A stretch of DNA of 10,023 bases from NCBI GenBank assembly GCA_964010765.1, contig CAXGMD010000102.1, positions 1-10,023 on the forward strand, read 5' to 3'. The translations under genes and the position numbers were made by a program. Positions 1-7,633 of this stretch are shown here, piece after piece. The notes beneath the pieces were generated by a model. It saw nothing but the letters and a program-made list of their open reading frames with translations, was not told the origin of the DNA and did no database searches. The stretch comes from an uncultured bacterium (GTDB lineage: Bacteria > SAR324 > NAC60-12). Each line of letters starts with the position of its first letter. The first letter of the stretch is position 1.

Positions 1-1934
1 GGTGGATTTTGAATGTAGGTTGACGCTTCGCTCCAGGCATAAACTTGTCCGGTCTTGGCCTCGATTTCATTCCACATTGGGGTCACTGTATCCATTTTTC
101 CGTATTCATTGGAGTACATCTCACTGCTGATCGTACTCTCCATGACGGCGACTTCTTCATTGCTTGGCCAGAGATCCTTGAGAAAGACATCGTTGCCGTC
201 TTTGTCTTTACCCAACGAGTCATTCTGAAGATCAATGTTGACTGTCCCAGCTAGCGCATACGCAACCACCAGTGGGGGACTGGCTAGATAATTAGCTTTG
301 ACGTTCGGACTGATCCTTCCTTCAAAGTTACGGTTCCCAGAAAGTACTGAAGTCACCACTAAGTCCCCGTCATTGATAGCCTTGACGATGTTGTCTGGCA
401 ACGGACCACTGTTACCAATACAGGTTGTGCAGCCATAGCCAACTGTGTTGAAACCAAGTGCGTCAAGATGCTGCTGCAAGTCTGCTTTTTCTAGGTAGGC
501 TGTTACGACTCGGGAACCTGGACCAAGCGAAGTCTTTACCCAAGGCTTGCTTCTCAACCCAAGTGCATCGGCTTTTTTGGCGAGCAAGCCCGCTGCAATC
601 ATTACTGTTGGATTACTGGTATTCGTACAGGAAGTGATCGCTGCAATTGCCACATCGCCATGGGTCAAGGTTTGACCGTCCAGTCCTTGAATGGCTGATT
701 GCTTTGACAGCGCAGTCTCTCCGAGTTCAAAGCCCCCCTGCTTGATCGGTTTGCGCAGAGTTTCCTGCCAGGTTGATTGCATCGTCGAGAGGTTCACACG
801 ATCCTGCGGACGTTTGGGGCCTGCCAAAGCTGGTTCCACAGTTGACAGATCCAACTCCAGTGTGTCACTGAACATCGGGTCTGGAGTGCTGCTGGTGCGG
901 AAGAGTCCTTGTGCTTTGCAGTAAGCTTCTACTCGCTGAACCACTTCTGCAGGTCGTCCGGTCTGACGCAAGTAGTTCAACGCTTCGTCATCCACTGGGA
1001 AGAAGCCCATGGTTGCACCATACTCAGGGCCCATGTTGGCGATGGTGGCGCGATCCGCAAGTTTCAGGTTGCCCAAGCCTGGGCCGTAGAACTCAACAAA
1101 TTTTTCGACGACCCCTTTCTTGCGAAGCATTTCAACGACTCGCAAAACCAGGTCTGTTGCGGTTGCTCCAGCAGGCAGTTGTCCGGTCAGCTTGAAGCCC
1201 ACCACCTGAGGCATCAGCATGTAGATTGGTTGCCCTAGCATCACCGATTCTGCTTCAATTCCACCAACTCCCCAGCCCATCACTCCAAGACCATTGATCA
1301 TTGTTGTGTGGGAATCTGTACCGACAAGGGTGTCTGGGAAAGCGACACCATCAACCAACTGAACAACGTTTGCTACATATTCCAAATTAACCTGATGGAC
1401 AATGCCGACCCCCGGCGGGAATGCACGGAATTGCCTGAATGCGTTCTGGCCCCACTTGAGGAACTCATAGCGCTCTTGATTGCGCTCGAATTCAATCTGC
1501 ATGTTCCGCTCAAGAGAATCCGCACCACCGAAGTGGTCGACCTGAACTGAGTGATCGATCACCAGATCGACTGGAACCCGTGGATTGATCACCTCTGGGT
1601 CGCCGCCCATCGCTGCCATTGCTGAACGCAGTGATGCCAAATCCACCACAGCTGGTACGCCTGTGAAGTCTTGCAGAATAACTCTGGTCGGCTTGTGAGG
1701 GATTTCTTTATCTGAGACAGAGCCATCCCAATTTGCCAGGGTGTGAACGTGCTCTTCAAGAACCTGAAAATCATCATAGTTGCGCAGTGCCTGTTCCAAC
1801 AAAATCCGAATGGAGAAAGGCAAGTGACTGATGTTTCCACCAATCTTTTGTTCCAAGGCCTCTAGACTGTAGTAGGATGCTTTGCCACTGCCCGTATCAA
1901 AATCTCGGCGGCATCCGAATTTGTTGTCAGACAT
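1..1934 (-). CDS. acnA: Aconitate hydratase A (AcnA/IRP family), 5' part; truncated by left window edge
   Basis: Hand translation from ATG at 1934: [55 protein letters not shown]...[25 protein letters not shown]...[18 protein letters not shown]. The [4Fe-4S] ligand motifs [14 protein letters not shown] (~610-650) and [13 protein letters not shown] (~405-445) are present. The same frame reads [13 protein letters not shown] at the window edge. Absent from the ORF track because there is no stop in the window. Confidence 0.97.
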   Translation of the reverse strand, partial: MSDNKFGCRRDFDTGSGKASYYSLEALEQKIGGNISHLPFSIRILLEQALRNYDDFQVLEEHVHTLANWDGSVSDKEIPHKPTRVILQDFTGVPAVVDLASLRSAMAAMGGDPEVINPRVPVDLVIDHSVQVDHFGGADSLERNMQIEFERNQERYEFLKWGQNAFRQFRAFPPGVGIVHQVNLEYVANVVQLVDGVAFPDTLVGTDSHTTMINGLGVMGWGVGGIEAESVMLGQPIYMLMPQVVGFKLTGQLPAGATATDLVLRVVEMLRKKGVVEKFVEFYGPGLGNLKLADRATIANMGPEYGATMGFFPVDDEALNYLRQTGRPAEVVQRVEAYCKAQGLFRTSSTPDPMFSDTLELDLSTVEPALAGPKRPQDRVNLSTMQSTWQETLRKPIKQGGFELGETALSKQSAIQGLDGQTLTHGDVAIAAITSCTNTSNPTVMIAAGLLAKKADALGLRSKPWVKTSLGPGSRVVTAYLEKADLQQHLDALGFNTVGYGCTTCIGNSGPLPDNIVKAINDGDLVVTSVLSGNRNFEGRISPNVKANYLASPPLVVAYALAGTVNIDLQNDSLGKDKDGNDVFLKDLWPSNEEVAVMESTISSEMYSNEYGKMDTVTPMWNEIEAKTGQVYAWSEASTYIQNP

Positions 1935-2018
1935 GCTTTCTCTATGGATAGGGTTTGCAGAGGTAAGAACCGCACATGCGGCAATGAGCGTGAGGAGAGG
2001 TTGAGTTTCCTTGTTCTC

Positions 2019-2046
2019 ATTATTACGAGTTTTGAATGCCGATCAA
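2019..2046 (-). promoter_or_regulatory. Candidate sigma70-type promoter for acnA
   Basis: Minus strand reads TTGATC (2046-2041), a 16-nt spacer, then AATAAT (2024-2019), about 85 nt upstream of the acnA ATG. Imperfect consensus in an AT-rich region. Confidence 0.3.
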
Positions 2047-2137
2047 TTTAAAAGAGTGACTGTAGAATACAAGTTTTTCAGTGCAGTTGTAACGGATTTG
2101 AAGCACAGCATTGGGTCTAATATTTTTGATTCAGCCA

Positions 2138-2151
2138 TCGATTTTGATCAA
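2138..2151. promoter_or_regulatory. FNR/CRP-family-like box in the acnA/aapJ divergent intergenic region
   Basis: TCGAT-TTTG-ATCAA matches 9 of 10 positions of the FNR consensus TTGAT-N4-ATCAA. It overlaps the perfect palindrome TTTGATCAAA (2143-2152). Confidence 0.35.
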
Positions 2152-2270
2152 AGTTTTGTTAGCCGATGAAATATTTGTATTCTACCAGATTTTGTCAGTC
2201 CAATTTCTCTTAAATTTTTGTTTCAATGTGTTGCAGAGTCTGGGAATCCCTGATTTATAAGGATTAAATC

Positions 2271-2302
2271 TTGACATCCAGACCAAATGCAGTCTGAATA
2301 AT
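2271..2302 (+). promoter_or_regulatory. Candidate sigma70 promoter for the aap operon
   Basis: Perfect -35 TTGACA at 2271-2276. The -10 is weak or ambiguous (CTGAATAAT, 2294-2302). About 80 nt upstream of aapJ. Confidence 0.35.
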
Positions 2303-2379
2303 GCCCCGTGTAACTGAGTCTTTGCCATGCAGTTAAAGTTGCTGGTGGCCTTCGAATCAAAACGATTGAGGAGATGAAG

Positions 2380-3405
2380 ATGAAAAAACTATTCTTGTCC
2401 TGTCTGTCCGTTGCCCTCTTGGGTGGAATTGCCATGGCTGGTGGTCATGAGAAAGGGACCCTGGCTGCTGTGAAAGAGCGAGGAAAGTTGGTGTGTGGCA
2501 GCAACACTGGCCTCGTCGGATTTGCGGCACCAGATGCCAGTGGAAACTGGCAAGGATTTGATGTAGACATGTGTCGTGCTGTAGCCGCTGCAGTACTTGG
2601 CGATCCAAACGCCGTAGAATACGTTCCCCTGACAACAGGAACTAGATTTACAGCTCTCGCCTCCGGCGAAGTCGACATGTTGTCAAGAAACACCACTTGG
2701 ACATTCTCACGAGACGTTGACCTCAAGTTCGAATTTACAGGTGTTAACTATTATGACGGTCAGGGTTTCATGGTGCCAAAATCTCTTGGTGTCACCTCAG
2801 CTACAGAGTTAGATGGGGCCACTGTTTGTATCCAAACTGGTACAACTACAGAACTTAACCTTGCAGACTTTTTCCGTGTAAATGGAATGAACTACGAACC
2901 TGTGCCCGTTGAAACAAACTCTGAAGCACAGCAGCAGTACCTAGCAAATGCCTGCGATGTCTACACAACCGACGCTTCTGGACTTGCTGCGACTCGAGCA
3001 TCATTCGAAAATCCAGGCGACCACGTAGTTCTACCTGAGATCATTTCCAAGGAACCACTTGGACCTTTGGTTCGACATGGTGACCATGAATGGGGTGACG
3101 TAGTACGTTGGTCCCTGAATGCGATGGTAGCTGCCGAAGAATACGGAGTAACCTCACAGAACGTTGCAGACATGGCCAAAGGAACCAATAATCCAGAAAT
3201 TAATCGCTTACTTGGAAGTGAGGGAAATCTGGGAGAAATGTTAGGACTGTCACCAGATTGGGCAAGAAACATCATTTCCACAGTTGGCAACTACGGGGAA
3301 TCTTTTGAGAGAAATATAGGTTCTAGTACACCAATTGGTCTGGCCCGCGGACTTAATGCACAGTGGACCGATGGAGGTTTACTGTACTCACCTCCTTTCC
3401 GCTAA
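2380..3405 (+). CDS. aapJ: General L-amino-acid ABC transporter, periplasmic substrate-binding protein (AapJ/BztA/YhdW family)
   Basis: Signal peptide MKKLFLSCLSVALLGGIAMA. Family motifs GFDVDMCRAVAAA, RFTALASGEVDMLSRNTTWTFSRD, YYDGQGFMV, ISKEPLGP, VGNYGESFERNIG and LYSPPFR. SD GAGGAG at 2368-2373 abuts the first ATG (2374) and lies 6 nt before the second (2380), so 2380 is the preferred start. Confidence 0.95.
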   Translation: MKKLFLSCLSVALLGGIAMAGGHEKGTLAAVKERGKLVCGSNTGLVGFAAPDASGNWQGFDVDMCRAVAAAVLGDPNAVEYVPLTTGTRFTALASGEVDMLSRNTTWTFSRDVDLKFEFTGVNYYDGQGFMVPKSLGVTSATELDGATVCIQTGTTTELNLADFFRVNGMNYEPVPVETNSEAQQQYLANACDVYTTDASGLAATRASFENPGDHVVLPEIISKEPLGPLVRHGDHEWGDVVRWSLNAMVAAEEYGVTSQNVADMAKGTNNPEINRLLGSEGNLGEMLGLSPDWARNIISTVGNYGESFERNIGSSTPIGLARGLNAQWTDGGLLYSPPFR

Positions 3406-3417
3406 AATCTAGTTATC

Positions 3418-3443
3418 ACAGGGCGCAATGTTTTGTGCCCTGT
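3418..3443 (+). other. Intercistronic stem-loop after the binding-protein gene (mRNA stabiliser or partial terminator)
   Basis: ACAGGGCGCAA-TGTT-TTGTGCCCTGT forms an 11-bp stem (one G-U) with a 4-nt loop, 12 nt after the aapJ stop. No U-tract follows. Confidence 0.65.
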
Positions 3444-3528
3444 CCCGCTCTCATCCATCCACATCCAAGGCAAAACAGTGGATTCAAAATTCCACTGAAA
3501 TTAGTTCTGGAGCATAGGTAAAGTCGTC

Positions 3529-4743
3529 ATGATGAAAGTGACCGAACCACCGAAGCCGTTGTTCCAACTGCGCCAGTTGATCTATGACACAAAATACAGA
3601 TCGCTGACTGTTCAAGCGATAGCCATGTGCTTGTTGGTTCTGTTCTTTTCATGGCTTGTCAATAATACAATTCAGAACTTAACCGCCCTCGGCAAAGACT
3701 TTGATTTTGGATTTCTTACCAACATCGCAGGCTATGACATTAATCAGCGCCTCATTGAATACTCTTCTACATCTACGCACGGTAGAGCAGCACTAGTAGG
3801 TATACTAAATACGCTGCTTGTAGCTTTTCTAGGCTGTGCACTTGCCACAATAATTGGAATCGTTGCAGGAGTCCTCCGACTCTCTAAAAATTGGATTGTT
3901 GCACGTCTAATGACAATCTACGTGGAAGGATTCCGAAACGTTCCACTGCTCTTATGGATTCTCATCATTTTCGCTGTGATGACTGAATCCACTCCTGGCC
4001 CAAGAGATTTTCGAGCTGGGGGAAGTGCTTCAATGATTTTGTTTGATAGTGTTGCTATTTCAAACCGCGGAGTTTACATCCCTTTTCCGGTGTGGGGTGA
4101 AGGAACTGGGATCTTAATATTTGTTTTTTTACTTTCACTTCTTAGTGTTTGGATCTTCAAAAAAATTGCAACTTCAAGACAACAACAAACAGGAACAACC
4201 CTTCCAACATTTTGGATTTCAACCGGGATAGTAATCATTCCATCCATTACGACTTTTTTCGTATTGGGGCAGCCTGTCTCACTAGATTATCCAACTCTTG
4301 GTGGGTTTAACTTTCGTGGTGGATTACAACTAAGAAACTCACTAATTGCCCTTTGGCTAGCCTTATCGCTGTACACAGGAGCTTTCATTGCAGAGATTGT
4401 TAGGAGTGGCATTCTCTCGGTATCAAAAGGACAAACAGAAGCTGCCTACGCTTTGGGTTTACGACCCAACCGCACAATGAATCTGGTTATCTTACCCCAA
4501 GCTCTCCGTGTCATTATTCCTCCTCTTATCTCACAGTATTTAAATCTCACGAAAAATTCTTCGTTGGCAATTGCTGTTGGGTATATGGATGTACGTTCCA
4601 CACTCGGAGGGATAACCATTAATCAGACGGGGCGTGAACTTGAAGGTATGTTAATGCTTGGACTTTTCTATCTTCTTGCTTCTTTGGTCATCTCAACTGT
4701 GATGAACATTTATAATAACTCAGTCAAACTCAAAGGTCGTTGA
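3529..4743 (+). CDS. aapQ: General L-amino-acid ABC transporter permease (AapQ/BztB family)
   Basis: Multi-TM protein with GILNTLLVA, RLSKNW, YVEGFRNVPLLL and the EAA loop YTGAFIAEIVRSGILSVSKGQTEAAYALGL, followed by ILPQALRVIIPPLISQYLNLTKNSSLAIAVGY. Position in the operon fits. Confidence 0.95.
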   Translation: MMKVTEPPKPLFQLRQLIYDTKYRSLTVQAIAMCLLVLFFSWLVNNTIQNLTALGKDFDFGFLTNIAGYDINQRLIEYSSTSTHGRAALVGILNTLLVAFLGCALATIIGIVAGVLRLSKNWIVARLMTIYVEGFRNVPLLLWILIIFAVMTESTPGPRDFRAGGSASMILFDSVAISNRGVYIPFPVWGEGTGILIFVFLLSLLSVWIFKKIATSRQQQTGTTLPTFWISTGIVIIPSITTFFVLGQPVSLDYPTLGGFNFRGGLQLRNSLIALWLALSLYTGAFIAEIVRSGILSVSKGQTEAAYALGLRPNRTMNLVILPQALRVIIPPLISQYLNLTKNSSLAIAVGYMDVRSTLGGITINQTGRELEGMLMLGLFYLLASLVISTVMNIYNNSVKLKGR

Positions 4744-4744
4744 G

Positions 4745-6052
4745 GTGAATAGTCCATCCTCCAAACTATTTGTACGAACAGAGCTTATACCTGCTAAAGT
4801 TCCCCCTTTGTCTGAAATTGGGCTGACAAAGTGGGTTAGAGAAAATTTGTTCTCAAACACTATAAACTCCATTCTAACAATCCTCTCACTTTTTCTGATT
4901 TACTGGCTTCTCGCACAAATTTTACCGTGGATTACACAAGGTGTTTGGGAGGCTGACTCACTTAACGAATGTAGGAAACTTCGAGAAAGTATTGGTGAAA
5001 ATACCAATGTGGCTTGCTGGGCAGTGATAAATGAAAGATGGAATCAATTACTCTTTGGATTCTATCCACCTGAAAGCTATTGGCGCCCAATCTTTGCGCT
5101 AATACTTTTTGGTTTTGCAATATCTCCAGTACTTTTTACAACTGTACGAAAAGAGCTGTATATTTTAACCTTTACTTCTCCTTTTCTTTGCTACTGGCTG
5201 TTATGGGGAGATTCTGTTTGGGGGCCAGTTTCTGCAGCTTTTAGTTTTCTGCTAGGCATCTTGCTTTTTCAACAAATAAGTCGATCAAAGCTATCCATAT
5301 TGAGTGTGCCAATTACCTTTGTTTTTGTTGTTTCGTACTGGTTCTTTTTACTTACCCCAGTCGCTGAACAACTAGACAGTTTTATACCAATTTCTCTCAC
5401 ATACATTCCATCAAAAGAGTTTGGTGGATTCATGTTGGCTCTAATCATTGGTATCACTGGGATAATTTTATCATTACCAATTGGTATTTTGTTAGCACTC
5501 GGGCGCCAATCAAAACTGCTTATCATTAATAAAATTTGTGTTTTTTTCATTGAAATTATTCGTGGAGTTCCTTTGATTGTCTGGCTCTTTACAGCCTCAC
5601 TCCTTTTAAATTATTTCCTACCACCCGGTACGAACTTTGATCTGATGCTAAGGGTTGTAATTATGGTCACTCTGTTTGCTTCTGCTTACATGGCTGAGGT
5701 GATTCGTGGTGGTCTTGCAGCACTTCCAGTTGGGCAGCACGAAGGTTCCTCAAGCTTAGGTCTGAACTATTGGCAGTCTATGCGGCTAATTATTCTTCCC
5801 CAAGCCCTTAAAATTTCAATTCCAGGGATCGTGAACACATTTATTGGTCTTTTCAAAGATACAACTCTCGTAGTTTTTATTGGTCTTCTCGATCCGATTG
5901 GACTATCAAATGCGATCAGAGCCACAACTGATTGGAATGGTATCTATTGGGAGTTGTTCATATTTATTGGTCTCCTGTTCTTTGTGTGTTGTTTTAGTAT
6001 GTCGAGATATTCCCAATTCTTAGAGCGTAGATTACAAACTGAACACCGTTAA
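4745..6052 (+). CDS. aapM: General L-amino-acid ABC transporter permease (AapM/BztC family)
   Basis: GTG start 1 nt after the aapQ TGA, suggesting translational coupling. Motifs WVRENLFS, ACW, LPIGILLALGRQS, IEIIRGVPLI, SAYMAEVIRGGLAALPVGQ and LPQALKISIPGIVNTFIGLFKDTTLV. Confidence 0.95.
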   Translation: MNSPSSKLFVRTELIPAKVPPLSEIGLTKWVRENLFSNTINSILTILSLFLIYWLLAQILPWITQGVWEADSLNECRKLRESIGENTNVACWAVINERWNQLLFGFYPPESYWRPIFALILFGFAISPVLFTTVRKELYILTFTSPFLCYWLLWGDSVWGPVSAAFSFLLGILLFQQISRSKLSILSVPITFVFVVSYWFFLLTPVAEQLDSFIPISLTYIPSKEFGGFMLALIIGITGIILSLPIGILLALGRQSKLLIINKICVFFIEIIRGVPLIVWLFTASLLLNYFLPPGTNFDLMLRVVIMVTLFASAYMAEVIRGGLAALPVGQHEGSSSLGLNYWQSMRLIILPQALKISIPGIVNTFIGLFKDTTLVVFIGLLDPIGLSNAIRATTDWNGIYWELFIFIGLLFFVCCFSMSRYSQFLERRLQTEHR

Positions 6053-6064
6053 AAGGGTTAGTCA

Positions 6065-6856
6065 ATGAGCCAAGCTAGTCAGGAAAGTGCTGTTAATGAC
6101 AAAAATATGACAGCTTCTGGAGAGCCCATCATCCAAATCCAAAAGATGAACAAGTGGTTTGGGCAATTTCACGTTCTCAAAGAGATTGATCTAGAAGTGA
6201 TTACGGGAGAACGAATAGTGATCTGTGGCCCTTCAGGGTCAGGAAAATCTACGCTAATTCGCTGTATCAATCGACTTGAGGAGCACCAGGAAGGACAGAT
6301 CGTAGTGGATGGAATTGAGTTGACCAGTGACCTGAAACATATTGAGCAAGTGCGGAGAGAGGTTGGAATGGTCTTTCAACACTTCAATTTATTTCCACAC
6401 CTCACGGTATTGGAGAATTGTACACTGGCACCCATCTGGGTTCGTAAGCAGCCTAAGGCAGAGGCAGAGACGACCGCAATGAGTTACTTGGAGCGGGTCA
6501 AGATTCCGGATCAGGCTCTCAAATATCCTGGTCAACTGTCAGGTGGTCAACAACAAAGGGTAGCCATCGCACGTTCGCTCTGCATGCAGCCCCGCATAAT
6601 GCTCTTTGACGAACCAACTTCTGCGCTGGATCCTGAAATGATCAAAGAGGTGTTGGATGTCATGATTGAGCTTGCAGAAACAGGAATGACGATGCTCGTG
6701 GTGACCCACGAAATGGGCTTTGCCCGAACAGTAGCCAATCGTGTGATCTTCATGGATGAGGGACAGATCATTGAGCAGAACGAACCAGAAGAATTCTTCA
6801 ACAATCCGCAGAGTGACCGAACTAAACTGTTCCTGAGCCAGATTCTGCAGCATTGA
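6065..6856 (+). CDS. aapP: Amino-acid ABC transporter ATP-binding protein (AapP/BztD, GlnQ family)
   Basis: Walker [10 protein letters not shown]-loop MVFQHFNLF, signature LSGGQQQR, Walker B MLFDE, D-loop SALD and H-switch VTH. SD-like AAGGG lies upstream. Confidence 0.96.
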   Translation: MSQASQESAVNDKNMTASGEPIIQIQKMNKWFGQFHVLKEIDLEVITGERIVICGPSGSGKSTLIRCINRLEEHQEGQIVVDGIELTSDLKHIEQVRREVGMVFQHFNLFPHLTVLENCTLAPIWVRKQPKAEAETTAMSYLERVKIPDQALKYPGQLSGGQQQRVAIARSLCMQPRIMLFDEPTSALDPEMIKEVLDVMIELAETGMTMLVVTHEMGFARTVANRVIFMDEGQIIEQNEPEEFFNNPQSDRTKLFLSQILQH

Positions 6857-6883
6857 TCGACAATAGTTTCAAAGTGACCAACT

Positions 6884-6916
6884 AGAATCAGCGCAAACCT
6901 TGTCACTGATTCTTTT
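6884..6916 (+). terminator. Probable intrinsic terminator of the aap operon, in the convergent gap
   Basis: AGAATCAG (6884-6891) pairs with CTGATTCT (6906-6913), with further imperfect inner pairing and a short T-run after it. It begins 27 nt after the aapP stop. Confidence 0.5.
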
Positions 6917-6950
6917 CAAGATCCCAGCTCACCCCAAGCTTGAGTGCTCC

Positions 6951-7466
6951 TCATACATCCGGCCATTTCCTAACAATTTCTGATTGCCAGATAGCTTCTG
7001 GCCAACCTTCCCGGCCCCTTACACGTTGAATCTCGTCCAGAAACTTCACAACGCGCTGTCCCTCATAACCTAACTCACGTAGAACACAGCCGAGAACAGT
7101 TCCAGTTCGACCTCGTCCTCCCCAGCAATGGACAACAACTCCTTGACTGTCACTCAGGGACTTGAGGATGGTTCTTGTTGCGGATCTGATTCTGCGGATT
7201 TCAAGTACTGGGTCCTTAGGTGAATCACCACTAATGAGATCTTCCAACGGTTGATCATGAATGCTTGTTAGTGGAGTTGGGTCGTATCCCATTGGATGCA
7301 ATGAAACCAAGTTGGGGAAACCACAATCATAAATGGACTGCCAGGGCCAATTTGTTTCTGGGAGGCACATCCCCGCAAGTGGAACTGGACTTTGAAGTAC
7401 CCAGTAAAAGTCCTCGGGAGAGCGAAGTGCTTGGACTTGGAAGCTATTTTCTGGCGGAACCAACAT
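6951..7466 (-). CDS. Cysteine-based CX5R phosphatase (protein-tyrosine/dual-specificity phosphatase fold)
   Basis: P-loop VVVHCWGGRGRTG (HCxxGxxRT). The upstream LAGM..P and LVSL elements, a candidate general-acid loop PLED and a C-terminal IQRVR...WPEAIWQ segment are typical of small bacterial DSP-like proteins. An in-frame TAG lies 4 codons upstream, so 7466 is the most upstream possible start. No clear SD. Confidence 0.85.
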   Translation of the reverse strand: MLVPPENSFQVQALRSPEDFYWVLQSPVPLAGMCLPETNWPWQSIYDCGFPNLVSLHPMGYDPTPLTSIHDQPLEDLISGDSPKDPVLEIRRIRSATRTILKSLSDSQGVVVHCWGGRGRTGTVLGCVLRELGYEGQRVVKFLDEIQRVRGREGWPEAIWQSEIVRKWPDV

Positions 7467-7633
7467 TCTTGATCGCTAACTTTTGGTGGGGCAAAATCGA
7501 AAAGTTCCCAAATTCATGGAATCCCTGTTTCAAAAAGGGATCATGATAGGCATGACTCTTCAGCTTCCAGAGTTTGAGTGGAGTTTTCGACCATCAAGAT
7601 CGAAGAATTGAAGCCCATAACAAAATCATCTTC

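Noticed and set aside
45..1843. Short ORFs 45-254, 691-924, 909-1238, 911-1195, 1308-1550 (+) and 1589-1843 (-)
   Set aside because: All are antisense or off-frame shadows of acnA, with no recognisable motifs.
2079..2084. CAGTGC, an IRE-like loop sequence near the aconitase gene
   Set aside because: It lies on the strand opposite the acnA mRNA and has no convincing flanking stem.
1935..2379. Sigma54 promoter or NtrC sites expected for an amino-acid transporter; tRNA or riboswitch
   Set aside because: I found no TGGCAC-N5-TTGC or TGCAC-N7-GTGCA match and no recognisable tRNA or riboswitch consensus by eye. An Rfam scan would be decisive.
3373..3395. GGAGGT...ACCTCC (SD/anti-SD-like) inverted repeat at the end of aapJ
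   Set aside because: It is explained by the codons of the conserved GGLLYSPP motif.
2223..6906. Minus-strand ORFs 2223-2435, 2357-2635, 2445-2726, 2961-3290, 5269-5550, 6539-6853 and 6547-6906
   Set aside because: They overlap well-supported aap genes on the opposite strand and show no family features.
6954..6965. WPD tripeptide at the phosphatase C-terminus resembling the PTP WPD loop
   Set aside because: The catalytic WPD loop precedes the P-loop. This one is at the extreme C-terminus, and PLED is the better positional candidate for the general acid.
7541..7555. TCATG-N5-CATGA dyad between ispH and the phosphatase gene
   Set aside because: The arms are only 5 bp, which is too weak for a terminator and expected by chance.
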